Positions 19,100 through 29,000 of a stretch of DNA of 64,000 bases are shown piece after piece (within the stretch, counting starts at the first letter, position 1; each line of letters opens with the position of its first letter). The notes under the pieces are model-generated. The model was not told the DNA's origin and searched no databases. It saw nothing but the letters and a program-made list of their open reading frames with translations. Source of the stretch: Amoebidium appalachense (Eukaryota > Protista > Ichthyosporea); contig CAVNZM010000013.1 of the NCBI GenBank assembly GCA_963693365.1, positions 1 through 64,000 on the forward strand. Direction: 5' to 3'. Both the position numbers and the translations under genes were made by a program.

Positions 19100-20230
19100 C
19101 TACTCGCGGCCCGAGCCAGCCCGCAGGTGCGCGCCCAGGGGCGTGTCCTGGACGTCTTCTTCAATAAAGCTTGCAACCAAACGGTTCTGGCTCCTGAGCA
19201 CCCGCAGCAGCGCGTCGATGGTGCGCCACGCCAGCATCTGCGGGTCGTCGTCACTCAGGGCCATCTCGGCCTGCAGGTCGCGCACCAGCTCCCACGCGCG
19301 ATTCTGCACGCACACGCCGGGGTTGTGGCCCAGGCTGCCGGAGGGCTTGGTGGCGCGGTCCTGCACGACGAGCGCCTGCATGGCCTCGCAGCATTCGCGC
19401 CCGGTTGGCAGGCAGCCGTCACGCGGGGTGGACATGGCCAGCAGCCACATGGCACAGTATGACGTGCACGCCATGTCGCCCCGCACACCCTCGAGCGCGA
19501 GGGCCTGTGGGCCCTTGTGGGGGCATGTCAGCGAGGGCATGACGATGGTCCAGTGTGCGGGGTCCATCTCGGCAAACCCAAGCAGCGCACGAGCGTACTC
19601 GGCCAGCAGCACGTCCTTGGCATTGACCTGGCCGTCGCCGGGTCTGGTGAGGTCCTCGGTGGCCGGGTCGAATACGTGCACGGTCTTCGTGTCGCGGTCA
19701 AACGCCATGGCGACCGTGTGGCCCACGTAGACCACCTCGGCCTCTGTCCGGCGGCGAATGCGCAGCCCCCGTGGGCCCCAACTCCAGGCCTCGGGCCCGT
19801 CTGCGCCCATGGTGGCCACGCCGGCCACCACGAGCAAGCGGCGGGCCTTTTCGATGTGGTCCAGGTTGACAAAGCCCCTCAGACGCGTTATGAGGTCGCT
19901 GCCGGCCTGGACGGTCATGCCCACACCCATGTCGCCCAGCACGAGCCGCAGGTATCTCAGGTGCGGGTCCATGGCGGTGGCGGCAGGATGCAGGTCATAG
20001 AAGCGCCTGTACGACGCGGTGGGTGGCTCGTACACGTCCATGGTGCGGAAGATGGTAAGCTCCGGGACGTCGAGCAGGGGGGGTACGGCGATGTCGGGGT
20101 TGGTGGTGCTGGCCCTGTGGTACGTGGCCGTCGCGATCCGGCCACGCTCAAGCGTGCTCTGCCACGCGTGGCCCCAGTATCTGTAGTCGGTGTCGGTGAT
20201 GCCGACGGCATCGCTGAACGTGTTACCCAT
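19100..20230 (-). CDS. CE-clan (Ulp1/adenain-like) cysteine protease, possibly myristoylated
   Basis: Catalytic order H (GHTVAM), D (VFDP), Q (GPQ), C (ACTSYC); N-terminus MGNTFS. Confidence 0.65.
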   Translation of the reverse strand: MGNTFSDAVGITDTDYRYWGHAWQSTLERGRIATATYHRASTTNPDIAVPPLLDVPELTIFRTMDVYEPPTASYRRFYDLHPAATAMDPHLRYLRLVLGDMGVGMTVQAGSDLITRLRGFVNLDHIEKARRLLVVAGVATMGADGPEAWSWGPRGLRIRRRTEAEVVYVGHTVAMAFDRDTKTVHVFDPATEDLTRPGDGQVNAKDVLLAEYARALLGFAEMDPAHWTIVMPSLTCPHKGPQALALEGVRGDMACTSYCAMWLLAMSTPRDGCLPTGRECCEAMQALVVQDRATKPSGSLGHNPGVCVQNRAWELVRDLQAEMALSDDDPQMLAWRTIDALLRVLRSQNRLVASFIEEDVQDTPLGAHLRAGSGRE

Positions 20231-20318
20231 GCAAATGTGTACATAAGAGGTACCACCCTACCCCCCGAAACAGCCGCGCCCGGCGTGTCGCTCGCGCATA
20301 ATCGATACACCTGGTAAC

Positions 20319-20591
20319 ATGCCCGACATTGGTCTGCTGCAGTACGCCCTGCTGGTTTCCGGTCTCGTCGGCGGACTGACGACGTCCTGGATGGTGGTGC
20401 AGTGGTACGACGAGATGAGCAAGGAGAAGTGCGTCGAGCCAACCGTGGCCAAACTGAAGTACACGTTTGTGTGGAGCCTCATCGTCGGCCTCACGCTAAT
20501 CTTGATGCTGCTGGGGGTGATCGGCCGCGCAATCTACAACTCCATGAACCCAAGCCCCGCCCCCCAGATGATGCACATGAGGATGGAGTAG
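20319..20591 (+). CDS. Small two-TM membrane protein
   Basis: Two hydrophobic helices in 90 aa, strong GC3 bias. Confidence 0.65.
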   Translation: MPDIGLLQYALLVSGLVGGLTTSWMVVQWYDEMSKEKCVEPTVAKLKYTFVWSLIVGLTLILMLLGVIGRAIYNSMNPSPAPQMMHMRME

Positions 20592-20640
20592 GCTCGTGGT
20601 CGCGCCCTTTGAATCTGGGCCTCTAGCAATGGGATGCCAC

Positions 20641-21087
20641 ATGGCCGAGTACGGGCAGATCCACCGCATGTACGCGTCCGTCCTGTTGGATGACCGCAGC
20701 CGCGTTGATGTGCCCCGCCTCGACGGGATCCCCTCGCGCGACCACCTGTGCGCCGTGTATCCGGCGTGCACGATCGAGTGCATGCCCGACTGGCTGTCGT
20801 ACTGTGCACTCCCCGAGGCGGGGCCAACCCCCACAAGACCCGTCGGGGACAACGCGCTGTGGGACACGGTCCGGCGGCGCGAGGCGGCGGTGAACGCGAT
20901 GCAGGCGCGCGTGGGCGGGTGTCACATCGACTACCCGCAGGTGGAGACGCTGGATCTGCAGCCGCGCGACCCTCCTGTAGAGCTGCCCGCCTGGTTTGCC
21001 GAGCGCATGCGGCTGGACAGTGCCCTGTCTCCGACCACCACGTACGACACCGTGTCGAAGCCGACAATCGATTATCTACACCTATAG
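20641..21087 (+). CDS. Hypothetical protein
   Basis: ORF fills the gap between co-oriented genes; start uncertain. Confidence 0.55.
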   Translation: MAEYGQIHRMYASVLLDDRSRVDVPRLDGIPSRDHLCAVYPACTIECMPDWLSYCALPEAGPTPTRPVGDNALWDTVRRREAAVNAMQARVGGCHIDYPQVETLDLQPRDPPVELPAWFAERMRLDSALSPTTTYDTVSKPTIDYLHL

Positions 21088-21089
21088 CA

Positions 21090-21680
21090 ATGCCCGTGCG
21101 TTTCTTTGTCGAGTGGCGCGAGTTTCCAGATACACTCTCCGGCTTCCGCTCGTGGTACGAGTGCGTGTTCAACTCGATCGACGCGGCCGCGGGGCTGGAG
21201 AGCAACCCGCGGCCCGACCGGGCCGAGACCGTGCTGGCGCTGAAGAGCCTGCTGCTGGAGAACGACTACTCGCTCGGGCGGTTTCTGCTGAAGGCGCTCA
21301 ACAGCTTCACGGGCACACAGTTCGGGCTGTTCTCGACGCTGATGATCGCCGACAGTCCGAGCGAGCTCGGCGAGCTGCAGCGGCTGGTGTCGAAGGTGGA
21401 CAGCGGGAACTCGGCGATCGCGTTTGTGGAAAACGAGGGCTCGCTCATGTCGTTTGTCATCAAGAAGCAGTCGCCCGACGACGTGGTGATCGTGGTCCTG
21501 GACCAGACACGCCCATACAACGTCGGACACCGCGCGTTCGTGGCGCTGTTCGCGCACGCGTTCCTGAAACCGGGGAAGCCGATGGACCTCGCCGCGGACA
21601 TCGACCTGGAGGAGATCACGAACAGCATCCGCGAGAAGCGGGTGCGCATGCAGTCGCTGGCCGGGGAGCCGCGCCAATAA
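21090..21680 (+). CDS. Hypothetical protein
   Basis: MPVRFFVEW... 196 aa, strong GC3 bias, stop overlaps AATAAA. Confidence 0.7.
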   Translation: MPVRFFVEWREFPDTLSGFRSWYECVFNSIDAAAGLESNPRPDRAETVLALKSLLLENDYSLGRFLLKALNSFTGTQFGLFSTLMIADSPSELGELQRLVSKVDSGNSAIAFVENEGSLMSFVIKKQSPDDVVIVVLDQTRPYNVGHRAFVALFAHAFLKPGKPMDLAADIDLEEITNSIREKRVRMQSLAGEPRQ

Positions 21681-21703
21681 ACATATATTTGCCCTATCTA
21701 GAC

Positions 21704-22405
21704 ATGAAGCTCCTCCCGTTCTACCCGAACACGATCCCACCGGAGGCCGTGTGCGTCTTTGTGGGCCCGCGTGGCAGCGGCAAAAGTATCGCGATGGCCA
21801 ACGTGTTGTACCACAAGCGAAAATACCTGAGCGCAGGGATCGCCATGAGCGCCACCGAAGACGGTAACCAGTTCTGGGGCAGATACCTCAACAAGGCGTT
21901 CATCTACACCGAGTTCCGACCGGCGGAGCTCAGGCAGCTGTACGAGCGCCAGAAGGACCGGGTCAAGACCTGGAACAAACGGACATCGCCCAACATCTTC
22001 TGTATCGCCGAGGACGTGATATACGACAAACAGCTGAAGACAGACCCGACTATCCGACAGATCTTCTTCAACGGACGGCACTTCAACTGGTTCTACCTGA
22101 TGAGCATCCAGTACGCGAAGAGCATCCCGCCCGAATACCGCAACAACATCAACTGTCTGTTCGTGTTTGCAGAGGACAGCCAGCTGGAGCGCAGGAAACT
22201 GTGGGAGAGCTTCTTCGGCTTCATCGAGAACTTCAAGGACTTCAATGAGCTGCTCAACGAGTACACGGCCAACTACGGAATCCTCGTGCTGGATCGGACG
22301 CGCAAGACGAACCGCATCGAGGACAAGTTGTTCTACTGGCGGGCGGACATCAACATCCGGTTCCGCGCGGGCGACCGGAAGTTCCAGAGCTACGGCGTGG
22401 AGTAA
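21704..22405 (+). CDS. A32-like virion DNA packaging ATPase
   Basis: Walker A GPRGSGKS, CIAEDV (Walker B), NGRHFN...SIQY and PPEYRNNI motifs of NCLDV A32. Confidence 0.92.
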   Translation: MKLLPFYPNTIPPEAVCVFVGPRGSGKSIAMANVLYHKRKYLSAGIAMSATEDGNQFWGRYLNKAFIYTEFRPAELRQLYERQKDRVKTWNKRTSPNIFCIAEDVIYDKQLKTDPTIRQIFFNGRHFNWFYLMSIQYAKSIPPEYRNNINCLFVFAEDSQLERRKLWESFFGFIENFKDFNELLNEYTANYGILVLDRTRKTNRIEDKLFYWRADINIRFRAGDRKFQSYGVE

Positions 22406-22434
22406 CCTGGCGTTTATTTTCTGCGTGCATTGTA

Positions 22435-22989
22435 ATGGACCTTGCAGCCGTGATCGACGCCAAGATGATGGAGAGGAAGTTCGAAGCGGCACACGAGGAG
22501 TTCCGGGCAGCGCAGCAGGAGTACAGGAGCGCGATCGAGGCCAAAAACAAGGACCTGGACGCCTACAACGCGCGCAACAAGGAGTTGGAACGGTGGGTCA
22601 AGGAGACCCAGGAGCGCCTCGAGCGCGAGATTGTGTCAAAAAAAGAGCTGGCGGACAAGCTTGAAAAGATGACAGACGAATACTGGGAGCGTGCGCGCGA
22701 AAACTACGAGAGGCTGGACAAGCGGCTGTCGGAGTACGAGAGCGCTCGGGGGCACATTGTCGAACTGGAGGAGCAGCTTCGCCAGCACAAGGAGATCTTG
22801 GAGAAACAAGGCCTGTCGATCGCGGAGGCCCAGGGCACCAGCGTGACCGAGGAGCGGCTGCGCGAGCGCGAGCGGAAGCTCGAGGCGCTCATCGACAGTA
22901 AGCTAGCCACTGTGATCCCACCGCCGCCGCCGCGTATAAAATACAAGGACCTGCTGGGCAAGCTGAACGATGACACTCCGCTCTTTTGA
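22435..22989 (+). CDS. Coiled-coil protein
   Basis: E/K/R-rich heptad-like 184-aa ORF. Confidence 0.7.
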   Translation: MDLAAVIDAKMMERKFEAAHEEFRAAQQEYRSAIEAKNKDLDAYNARNKELERWVKETQERLEREIVSKKELADKLEKMTDEYWERARENYERLDKRLSEYESARGHIVELEEQLRQHKEILEKQGLSIAEAQGTSVTEERLRERERKLEALIDSKLATVIPPPPPRIKYKDLLGKLNDDTPLF

Positions 22990-23461
22990 GGTGTCGCTCG
23001 AGTACCAGGCTGCGCGCGCCGTGTACAAGACGCACGGCTCTTTTGCGCGACTGCCGGCCCATCTGGAAGGCAATGTGCACGTGGACATGGCGCGCTCGGC
23101 CGTGTATCGGGCGCGCGTGCATCGGGACGTCACGGGGGTGCCTGAAGTCCATCTGTTCCTGTCAGGGCGCGACGTGTTGGTTCGGGCGCTGCACACGCTT
23201 GGACGCCTGCGCGAGAGGTACGCGGGGACACAGTTCGAATTCGGCGACAGCCTTCTCCAAGACATTGCCCACGAACTGGCCGCGAGTCGTAGCGTGCACG
23301 TGATCATGGGGAGGGGTTTTATGCTGCGGACAGGCGTGGTTCCCGTGGAGCGGTTGATGATGCGCGTTCCATGGATGGAGCCGGAGTTGGAATCGTTTGC
23401 AAGCGTGAACGCCCTCGGTTTATTCATACCCCACACCAATGCCGAAACGAACACAACGTAG
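22970..23461 (+). CDS. Hypothetical protein
   Basis: 163-aa ORF with short overlaps to its neighbours. Confidence 0.55.
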   Translation: MTLRSFEVSLEYQAARAVYKTHGSFARLPAHLEGNVHVDMARSAVYRARVHRDVTGVPEVHLFLSGRDVLVRALHTLGRLRERYAGTQFEFGDSLLQDIAHELAASRSVHVIMGRGFMLRTGVVPVERLMMRVPWMEPELESFASVNALGLFIPHTNAETNTT

Positions 23462-23651
23462 AAAGAAAACCGCGCGGTCGTCCTGTGGGCGCCGCTGCCG
23501 CGACACGTGCGTGCGCTATGCCGGCGGCTGGATCCCCAACCGCTGTCGCGACTGGGCGCAGCCCAAATACATCCGCGTACCCTCCGCGCACAACTGGGGC
23601 CTGATCGAGGTGCCCCCGGTCAACCCCATAAACTGGGAAAAATACATGTGA
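23439..23651 (+). CDS. Small basic hypothetical protein
   Basis: 70-aa ORF filling the gap before the convergent VLTF2-like gene. Confidence 0.4.
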   Translation: MPKRTQRRKKTARSSCGRRCRDTCVRYAGGWIPNRCRDWAQPKYIRVPSAHNWGLIEVPPVNPINWEKYM

Positions 23652-23659
23652 TGGTGCTG

Positions 23660-24235
23660 TCAGCGTGCAGTCAGGAAGCCGAGGATACTGGATTCCGTCT
23701 GGCGCGGCAGGGCCTGTTGTGGCTGTGGGCGGCGTTCCGGAACTTTGACGGCGTAGCGCGAGACGACGAATTGCTCGTCCAGGACGAACGGACAGCTGGT
23801 GAGCGTGACCGGATGGGCACCCTTGAGTGACGCCGCGCGGAATTCGTCGATGTCCATGCAGCCGCCGAACATCTTGAGTACGGTGCGGGGGGGTGCCGGG
23901 GCGGGCATGATGCCGCCAGTGCCACCCATCCGACGGTACATCAGCGACAACAGGGATGGGGCGCGCGCCTTTACATACCCGGGCATCTCCTTGAGATACG
24001 TCCTCGCGCAAGCGAAGGAACAGAACACGTTCGGTGTGCAATAAAAGAGGCGCGTGTCGTCCCTGTATCGGTATGGAATCGCGACCAAGGGCCCGGGTAT
24101 TGAGTGGCAGCAGTAGTGACATACGGACGTCAGCAGCTCGACGGGTCTGACGGATATGACCGTGCCCGGCGCGATTGTGCGCTCGGTGGGGCCGGTGGGG
24201 GATGCATGGAGCAGCTGTGCGTTCACTTTGGACAT
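23660..24235 (-). CDS. VLTF2-like (poxvirus A1-like) late transcription factor
   Basis: CHYCCH...IPY, FCSFACARTY and PAPPRTVLKMFGG.MDIDEFR signatures. Confidence 0.88.
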   Translation of the reverse strand: MSKVNAQLLHASPTGPTERTIAPGTVISVRPVELLTSVCHYCCHSIPGPLVAIPYRYRDDTRLFYCTPNVFCSFACARTYLKEMPGYVKARAPSLLSLMYRRMGGTGGIMPAPAPPRTVLKMFGGCMDIDEFRAASLKGAHPVTLTSCPFVLDEQFVVSRYAVKVPERRPQPQQALPRQTESSILGFLTAR

Positions 24236-24334
24236 TTTGTGTTGGACTGGCAGCGTTGTCTTTATTTATACCCTCAGACGATCACGCATGCACCACGACG
24301 CCAATAGGCTGGGTGTTCGGTGCCGGCTTGGGGG

Positions 24335-24691
24335 CTATCTTGCGAGCCTTTTTTTTTTGGCACAGGGGCGTCGGTTGGTTGGTGGGGGCGCTTCTCGGGC
24401 GCCTCCGCGGGGCGCCTCAGGCACAGCGGATTCCGCAGCCACAGGGGGCGCATTGTCGGGGGCAGCGCCTGCATCCTTAGCCGTTTTTGCCTGAGCCTTG
24501 AGAAAGGGGGCGATGCAGCGGTTCAGGTAGTGGCGCAGAAGAAACTGCCCCACGGTGGGGCCCTGGTCGAACAAGGGGTCGTCGAGGTTCATCTTGTCGA
24601 TGTCGCCGTTGCGCTCGACGGCGTACTCGCACAGAAGCTTCCACTGCTTGCGGATTCCGAACTTCTTCTTAGATTTGGTCTCGCCGGTCAT
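24335..24691 (-). CDS. Small basic hypothetical protein
   Basis: Likely start MTGETKSKKK; K/R-rich termini. Confidence 0.55.
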   Translation of the reverse strand: MTGETKSKKKFGIRKQWKLLCEYAVERNGDIDKMNLDDPLFDQGPTVGQFLLRHYLNRCIAPFLKAQAKTAKDAGAAPDNAPPVAAESAVPEAPRGGAREAPPPTNRRPCAKKKRLAR

Positions 24692-24735
24692 TGTTACATA
24701 TACGTATAGAAAATATTTCAACGCGGGTTTTGGGG

Positions 24736-24957
24736 CTACCGGGTCAGCTCCAATGCCAATATAAGAATCAACAGGACGACTATGAAGTCGAGCCTGCGCA
24801 GCACGGGATCGCGAGGGAAGAAACGCGTGGGGGGCGCCCCCACTGGATCGGCCGACGCCTTCGCAACGCTGTTGCGCTTGGGGTCCAGGTCGATGGGGGG
24901 GAACAGTTTGTCGAGCGGGTTGTCGACGGTGAAGTGCACCGAGTTGAAGAGACTCAT
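24736..24957 (-). CDS. Small protein with C-terminal TM helix
   Basis: 73 aa ending FIVVLLILILALELTR. Confidence 0.5.
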   Translation of the reverse strand: MSLFNSVHFTVDNPLDKLFPPIDLDPKRNSVAKASADPVGAPPTRFFPRDPVLRRLDFIVVLLILILALELTR

Positions 24958-25874
24958 TACAGGCGCCTAGCAAAATCTGCAAACGACCCCGATGCAACGT
25001 GTACTATGACGTCGTTCCGTCTGCTTTGGATCCAAATCTCCTCGACGGGGGGCTGTGGGTCGCGGTGCCTGTCGCGGAGGCGGGTGACCTCACCGCGTAG
25101 CCATGCATGGATTGGCGGGGGCCCGGGAAGATCAGGCCGCTCGAGCAGGGCCTGTAGGCGGTCGATGTTTGCGTGGATCTCTTGGCGAAAGCGTGTCCCC
25201 TGGGAGCACAGACTGGAGAACTCGTCGACAAGCCGCGTAAGCGTGATGTGCGCGTCTATGGCCGCATTGGAATACAAGCCCGTACTCTCCAGGGACCGTA
25301 GCTGCTCCTCGATGCGGGCAACGATGTCGCCAAGCATGCGGTCGACCATGACCATGGCATCATGTTCGATGGTCGCGGCCATCTTCGTGCGCGTGAGGTT
25401 GTCGGTTCGCATGCGGACGCCCAGGGCGAACCTAAACCCGGTGCGCTGGTCTAGCCGGTAGATCTCGTTCGCGCTGAACGGCGTGTTCGCAAAGGGGTCG
25501 CGGAGGTTGCCGGTGCGGCCGATGTACTCGGCGAGGGTGTCGGGGTCGCAGCCGTAGGTGTGCCCCGCACGTTGGTACCTGAAGCAGTCGGGACCGGGGG
25601 GCTCGAGGGTGAATGGATCGGTCTCGTTTGTGAGGTCGCGCGACGCCCTGGCCCTCAGCACCCTCACGAGCAGGAAGAACCGCGCAAAGAGCGTGCGAAG
25701 TGCGGGCGTGGCCATGATGCAATCGACCACGACCCGTAGACCCTTGGTCACGGGCAGGGTGTGGCCGCCATAGCGTTTGGAGAGGAAGCACAGCACCTCC
25801 TTTGGAGTGGCCAACAGCTTGGGCTCCAGCATACGTTGTATCGCGAAAAGGTTGTCACAGCCGCGATCCGACAA
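24957..25874 (-). CDS. Protein with U-box/RING-like segment
   Basis: TDPFTLEP...HTYGCDPDTLAEYI...RDPFANTPF resembles U-box-like domains of NCLDV proteins. Confidence 0.5.
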   Translation of the reverse strand: MSDRGCDNLFAIQRMLEPKLLATPKEVLCFLSKRYGGHTLPVTKGLRVVVDCIMATPALRTLFARFFLLVRVLRARASRDLTNETDPFTLEPPGPDCFRYQRAGHTYGCDPDTLAEYIGRTGNLRDPFANTPFSANEIYRLDQRTGFRFALGVRMRTDNLTRTKMAATIEHDAMVMVDRMLGDIVARIEEQLRSLESTGLYSNAAIDAHITLTRLVDEFSSLCSQGTRFRQEIHANIDRLQALLERPDLPGPPPIHAWLRGEVTRLRDRHRDPQPPVEEIWIQSRRNDVIVHVASGSFADFARRL

Positions 25875-26085
25875 ACACGTCTATGTCGTTGCGCGAGAAC
25901 GGGCGCCCGGAGTACTTGCGGAACACCGCGGCCGTCAGCCGACGCGTGGTGGTGGGATCCACGCGCGAACGCGCCCTGTACTTGCGCATGACCGCGTTGA
26001 AGACGCGTTGCAGGTTTCTGTTCCCCGTGAGACGCAGGAGCCCGAAGCGGCGCAAGCGCCTTCTACCTTCGGGGTTGCGTGCCAT
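25855..26085 (-). CDS. Small arginine-rich protein
   Basis: MARNPEGRRRLRRFG... 76 aa, highly basic; fills the gap between co-oriented genes. Confidence 0.45.
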   Translation of the reverse strand: MARNPEGRRRLRRFGLLRLTGNRNLQRVFNAVMRKYRARSRVDPTTTRRLTAAVFRKYSGRPFSRNDIDVFVGSRL

Positions 26086-29000
26086 CTTGCTGTCTGTCGC
26101 GTACATTCCGTCGCCTCTCGTTCCTCTGTGACGGGTATGGCTCGTGCCTTGGTGGCGGGGGGCGGCCCCGCTCGACGTGCAAGTAGTCGTTGTGCGAGTC
26201 TGAAGTCCGCCATTGGTCGCGGGCCGCCTCCGCGGAACCGGAAGCGGTCGGGCGCGCTTGGATGTGCCTTTGCACCCTGCCCGCGGGCGAGACGTGTCTT
26301 GCCGCATACTGCTCCGGCGCGTTGAGTCGTGGGCGCGGCGATGGCGGCGGCCCACCGGCGGACGGGTAAGTGCGCGCGAGTGGGTGCGTAGGTGGCGCGG
26401 GCACGTAGCGTGCCTGCGGCTGTTGGTACGAGCCATATGCGGGGGTGAACGAGTACGGGACCTGTACCTGCTGTGTCTGACCGTATGCAAACGGGTGTGG
26501 CGGCCGTGGGGTGTTTGTGAACGGCTGTGGGCTAGTGATGTATCCGTACGGCGGAAGCGAGGCCCGTTGGTTTTGGTATGGGGCGGGGGTGGGGGCGGCG
26601 ATCTGTGGGCGCACCACCGACGCTGATTTGCGGTGTGCCGTGTCACGGGGCGGCGTCGGTGGGCGCTGGGCACCCACACCGGCCCGATCAAGCGGGGGCA
26701 CGGGTGTGTTGTCGACCTGCATGGGCGCTGACTGGACAGGGGGTGGCGAGGGCGGCGGACTGATCACCCGGGCGTCGGGGGTTTCCTGAAGTCGCGGAGG
26801 GGCGGCGGCGGTTGCCGGTTCGGCGACTGGGGTTTTCTTCTTGGCCTTCTTCTCGGGTTTTTTGTAAGGGGTCCTGTTGGCATACAGGGCCGCGAATATT
26901 TCATGGAAGGGTTCTGCTGCCTGGGCATTGCGCAGAGGACCGCGCAGCCTCTCGAGCTCCTCCTCCGTGTTCAAGCTTTGGACGTAGGAGTTTCGGACTT
27001 CGGCGTTGAGCACGTCGAGCATACGCTTGGACACGACACCCGCGCGTTCCATTGTCGCCGCGTCCGCGGAGACCTGCTCGGGCACGGCTTGGCCAGCGAT
27101 GTCCTTCTGGGGCCGCTTCTTGCGCGGCCGCAGCGTGGGCACGAGCGCGTACCTCTTCCAGTTTGAGCCCAAGTAGTCCCAACGGGCGTCGTTGCTGCCG
27201 GTCGGACACAAGCGTTCGAAGGCGGCAGCCAGCTGGTTGTCGGCGACGGCAAGGGCGGCCAGCATGGCCGGGCGTGCAATGGGCTTCGGGCGGTAGACAA
27301 CCCCCCCGACCCTCACGGACGCTGTGGCGTTTGCCTGCATGCTGTCGCGCATGCGGCGCAGCTGGTGCAGAGGCCACCCGGGCTTGGGCCATTCGAGGGG
27401 TCGCTCATGGGGATTGACGAGCTTGCGGACACGTGTGAAAACAGTGCCGTCCGGTGCGAAGTGGCCCAGCCTGTCGACGCGGATGTTCGAGTTCTTTGTG
27501 ATGTTGACAGACAGGCCGTACCCGCATTTCTTCATCCAGTTTACGACGTGCTGGGGGTTCCTTGTAAGGGCTGCACACGCCTCCTTCATCAGCATGCGCA
27601 GGTGCATGTAAGATTTTGGGTAGCGTTTGCGCACGTAGTGCTTGACGAAGCCAATGGCAAGCTCGGCGACGTTGAACTTCGAGTTGTACGGGGGCAGCCA
27701 CTGGACGCGCCACCTCTTCCGCAGCGACAGCCTGGTAACCTGGTCCAGAAACGCCTCTGCATTGTGCTGGGGGGCGTTGTCCATGCACAGAATGGCGTCG
27801 TCGGTGGCGGGGTCGCGCCCCAGCACGTGCTCGAGGAACAGATAGAAGGCGCGGCCGTCGAACGAGTCGGGGACGAGCGTCTTGGCGTCGATGTCGGCCT
27901 TGGGCTCGGCGCCGCCGGGCGCCAGGTGCCTGTAGTTGTAGAGGTAGTCGTTGATCGGACGCGGGCTGAGAATCATGCACTTGACCAGGCCGGTGAGGTT
28001 GCCCGCGGCGTTCTCGTACGGAAACCCGACGGCGATGACCAGCTTGGTGCCGATCCCGGTCAGCTTGGTCTGGGGGGCGGGGTGGTGGCCACCGCGGCGG
28101 CCCCAGACCATGCCGGGGGTCTCGTCGAGGTAGAGCGAGGACTCGTCGATGAAGACGAGGTTCTTGCGGTGGTTCTGGAGGAACGGAAGGCGTTCGACTT
28201 CGAAGAACTGGGTGGCGGCAGCGATGGACCGTACAAAGGTGTTGGTGGGGGCCTGTTCGGCACGCTTGTAGGACAGGCCCATCTTTCGGCGCCACTTGTT
28301 CAGCGTGGACACGGACACGGACAATTTTGCGTCCGGGTACAGGCGGTTGTAGACCTCGAGGAGCTTCTCGCTCGAGACGCTCGGGACCTTTGTGGTGACC
28401 TGGTAGAGGGCGATCTTCTGCTCCTCTGTCAGCTTCTGGGTGCGCTGGTGGAGCTCGGAGATGTTCACGCCCTGGCGCGAGGTGTACTGCCCCTTGATGG
28501 CGCGCTCGATGTACCTGCGCGCGGTCTGCGGCGAGATCTTCATGACGCGGGCGATCTTGGCGGCCTTCTCGCCGCGCAGGTAGGCCAGCAGCACGCCGTC
28601 GCGCACGTCCTGGTCGTAGGCCTTCCCCCTCACCACCCTGCCGACAGTGGGGTTGACCTGGTGGATGGCACGCGCGCGCACCACGCCCGGGGTGGTTGCG
28701 GCATCCGCCGGGTACCAGATCGCTTCGGGGCCATCGCGTAGCAGCAGCAGGCTGGCGCCGGTGTCAGTCAGCATCCACAGCGCCCCGGTGGGGCTGTCGG
28801 GAGGGTCCATGTCGCAGCGGCGGTCGGCGTGCAGGGTGAGGACCCAGTGGTCCTCCGATGTCCTGATGTTACGGTTGGGGACGGGCTCGAAGATGACGGT
28901 GCGGATTGGCGACGGGGCGTCGGTGGACGGGGCGTTGACTATGAATGGGGTCTCGGGGTTTAGAAGGGCTTCGAACTTCTGCAGCTCGAGCAGGTAGAAG

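Noticed and set aside
27365-28741. Long antisense or alternate-frame ORFs (this one, 33923-35404, 44309-45580, 47736-49046 and others)
   Set aside because: Shadows of GC3-rich genes on the opposite strand; no motifs.
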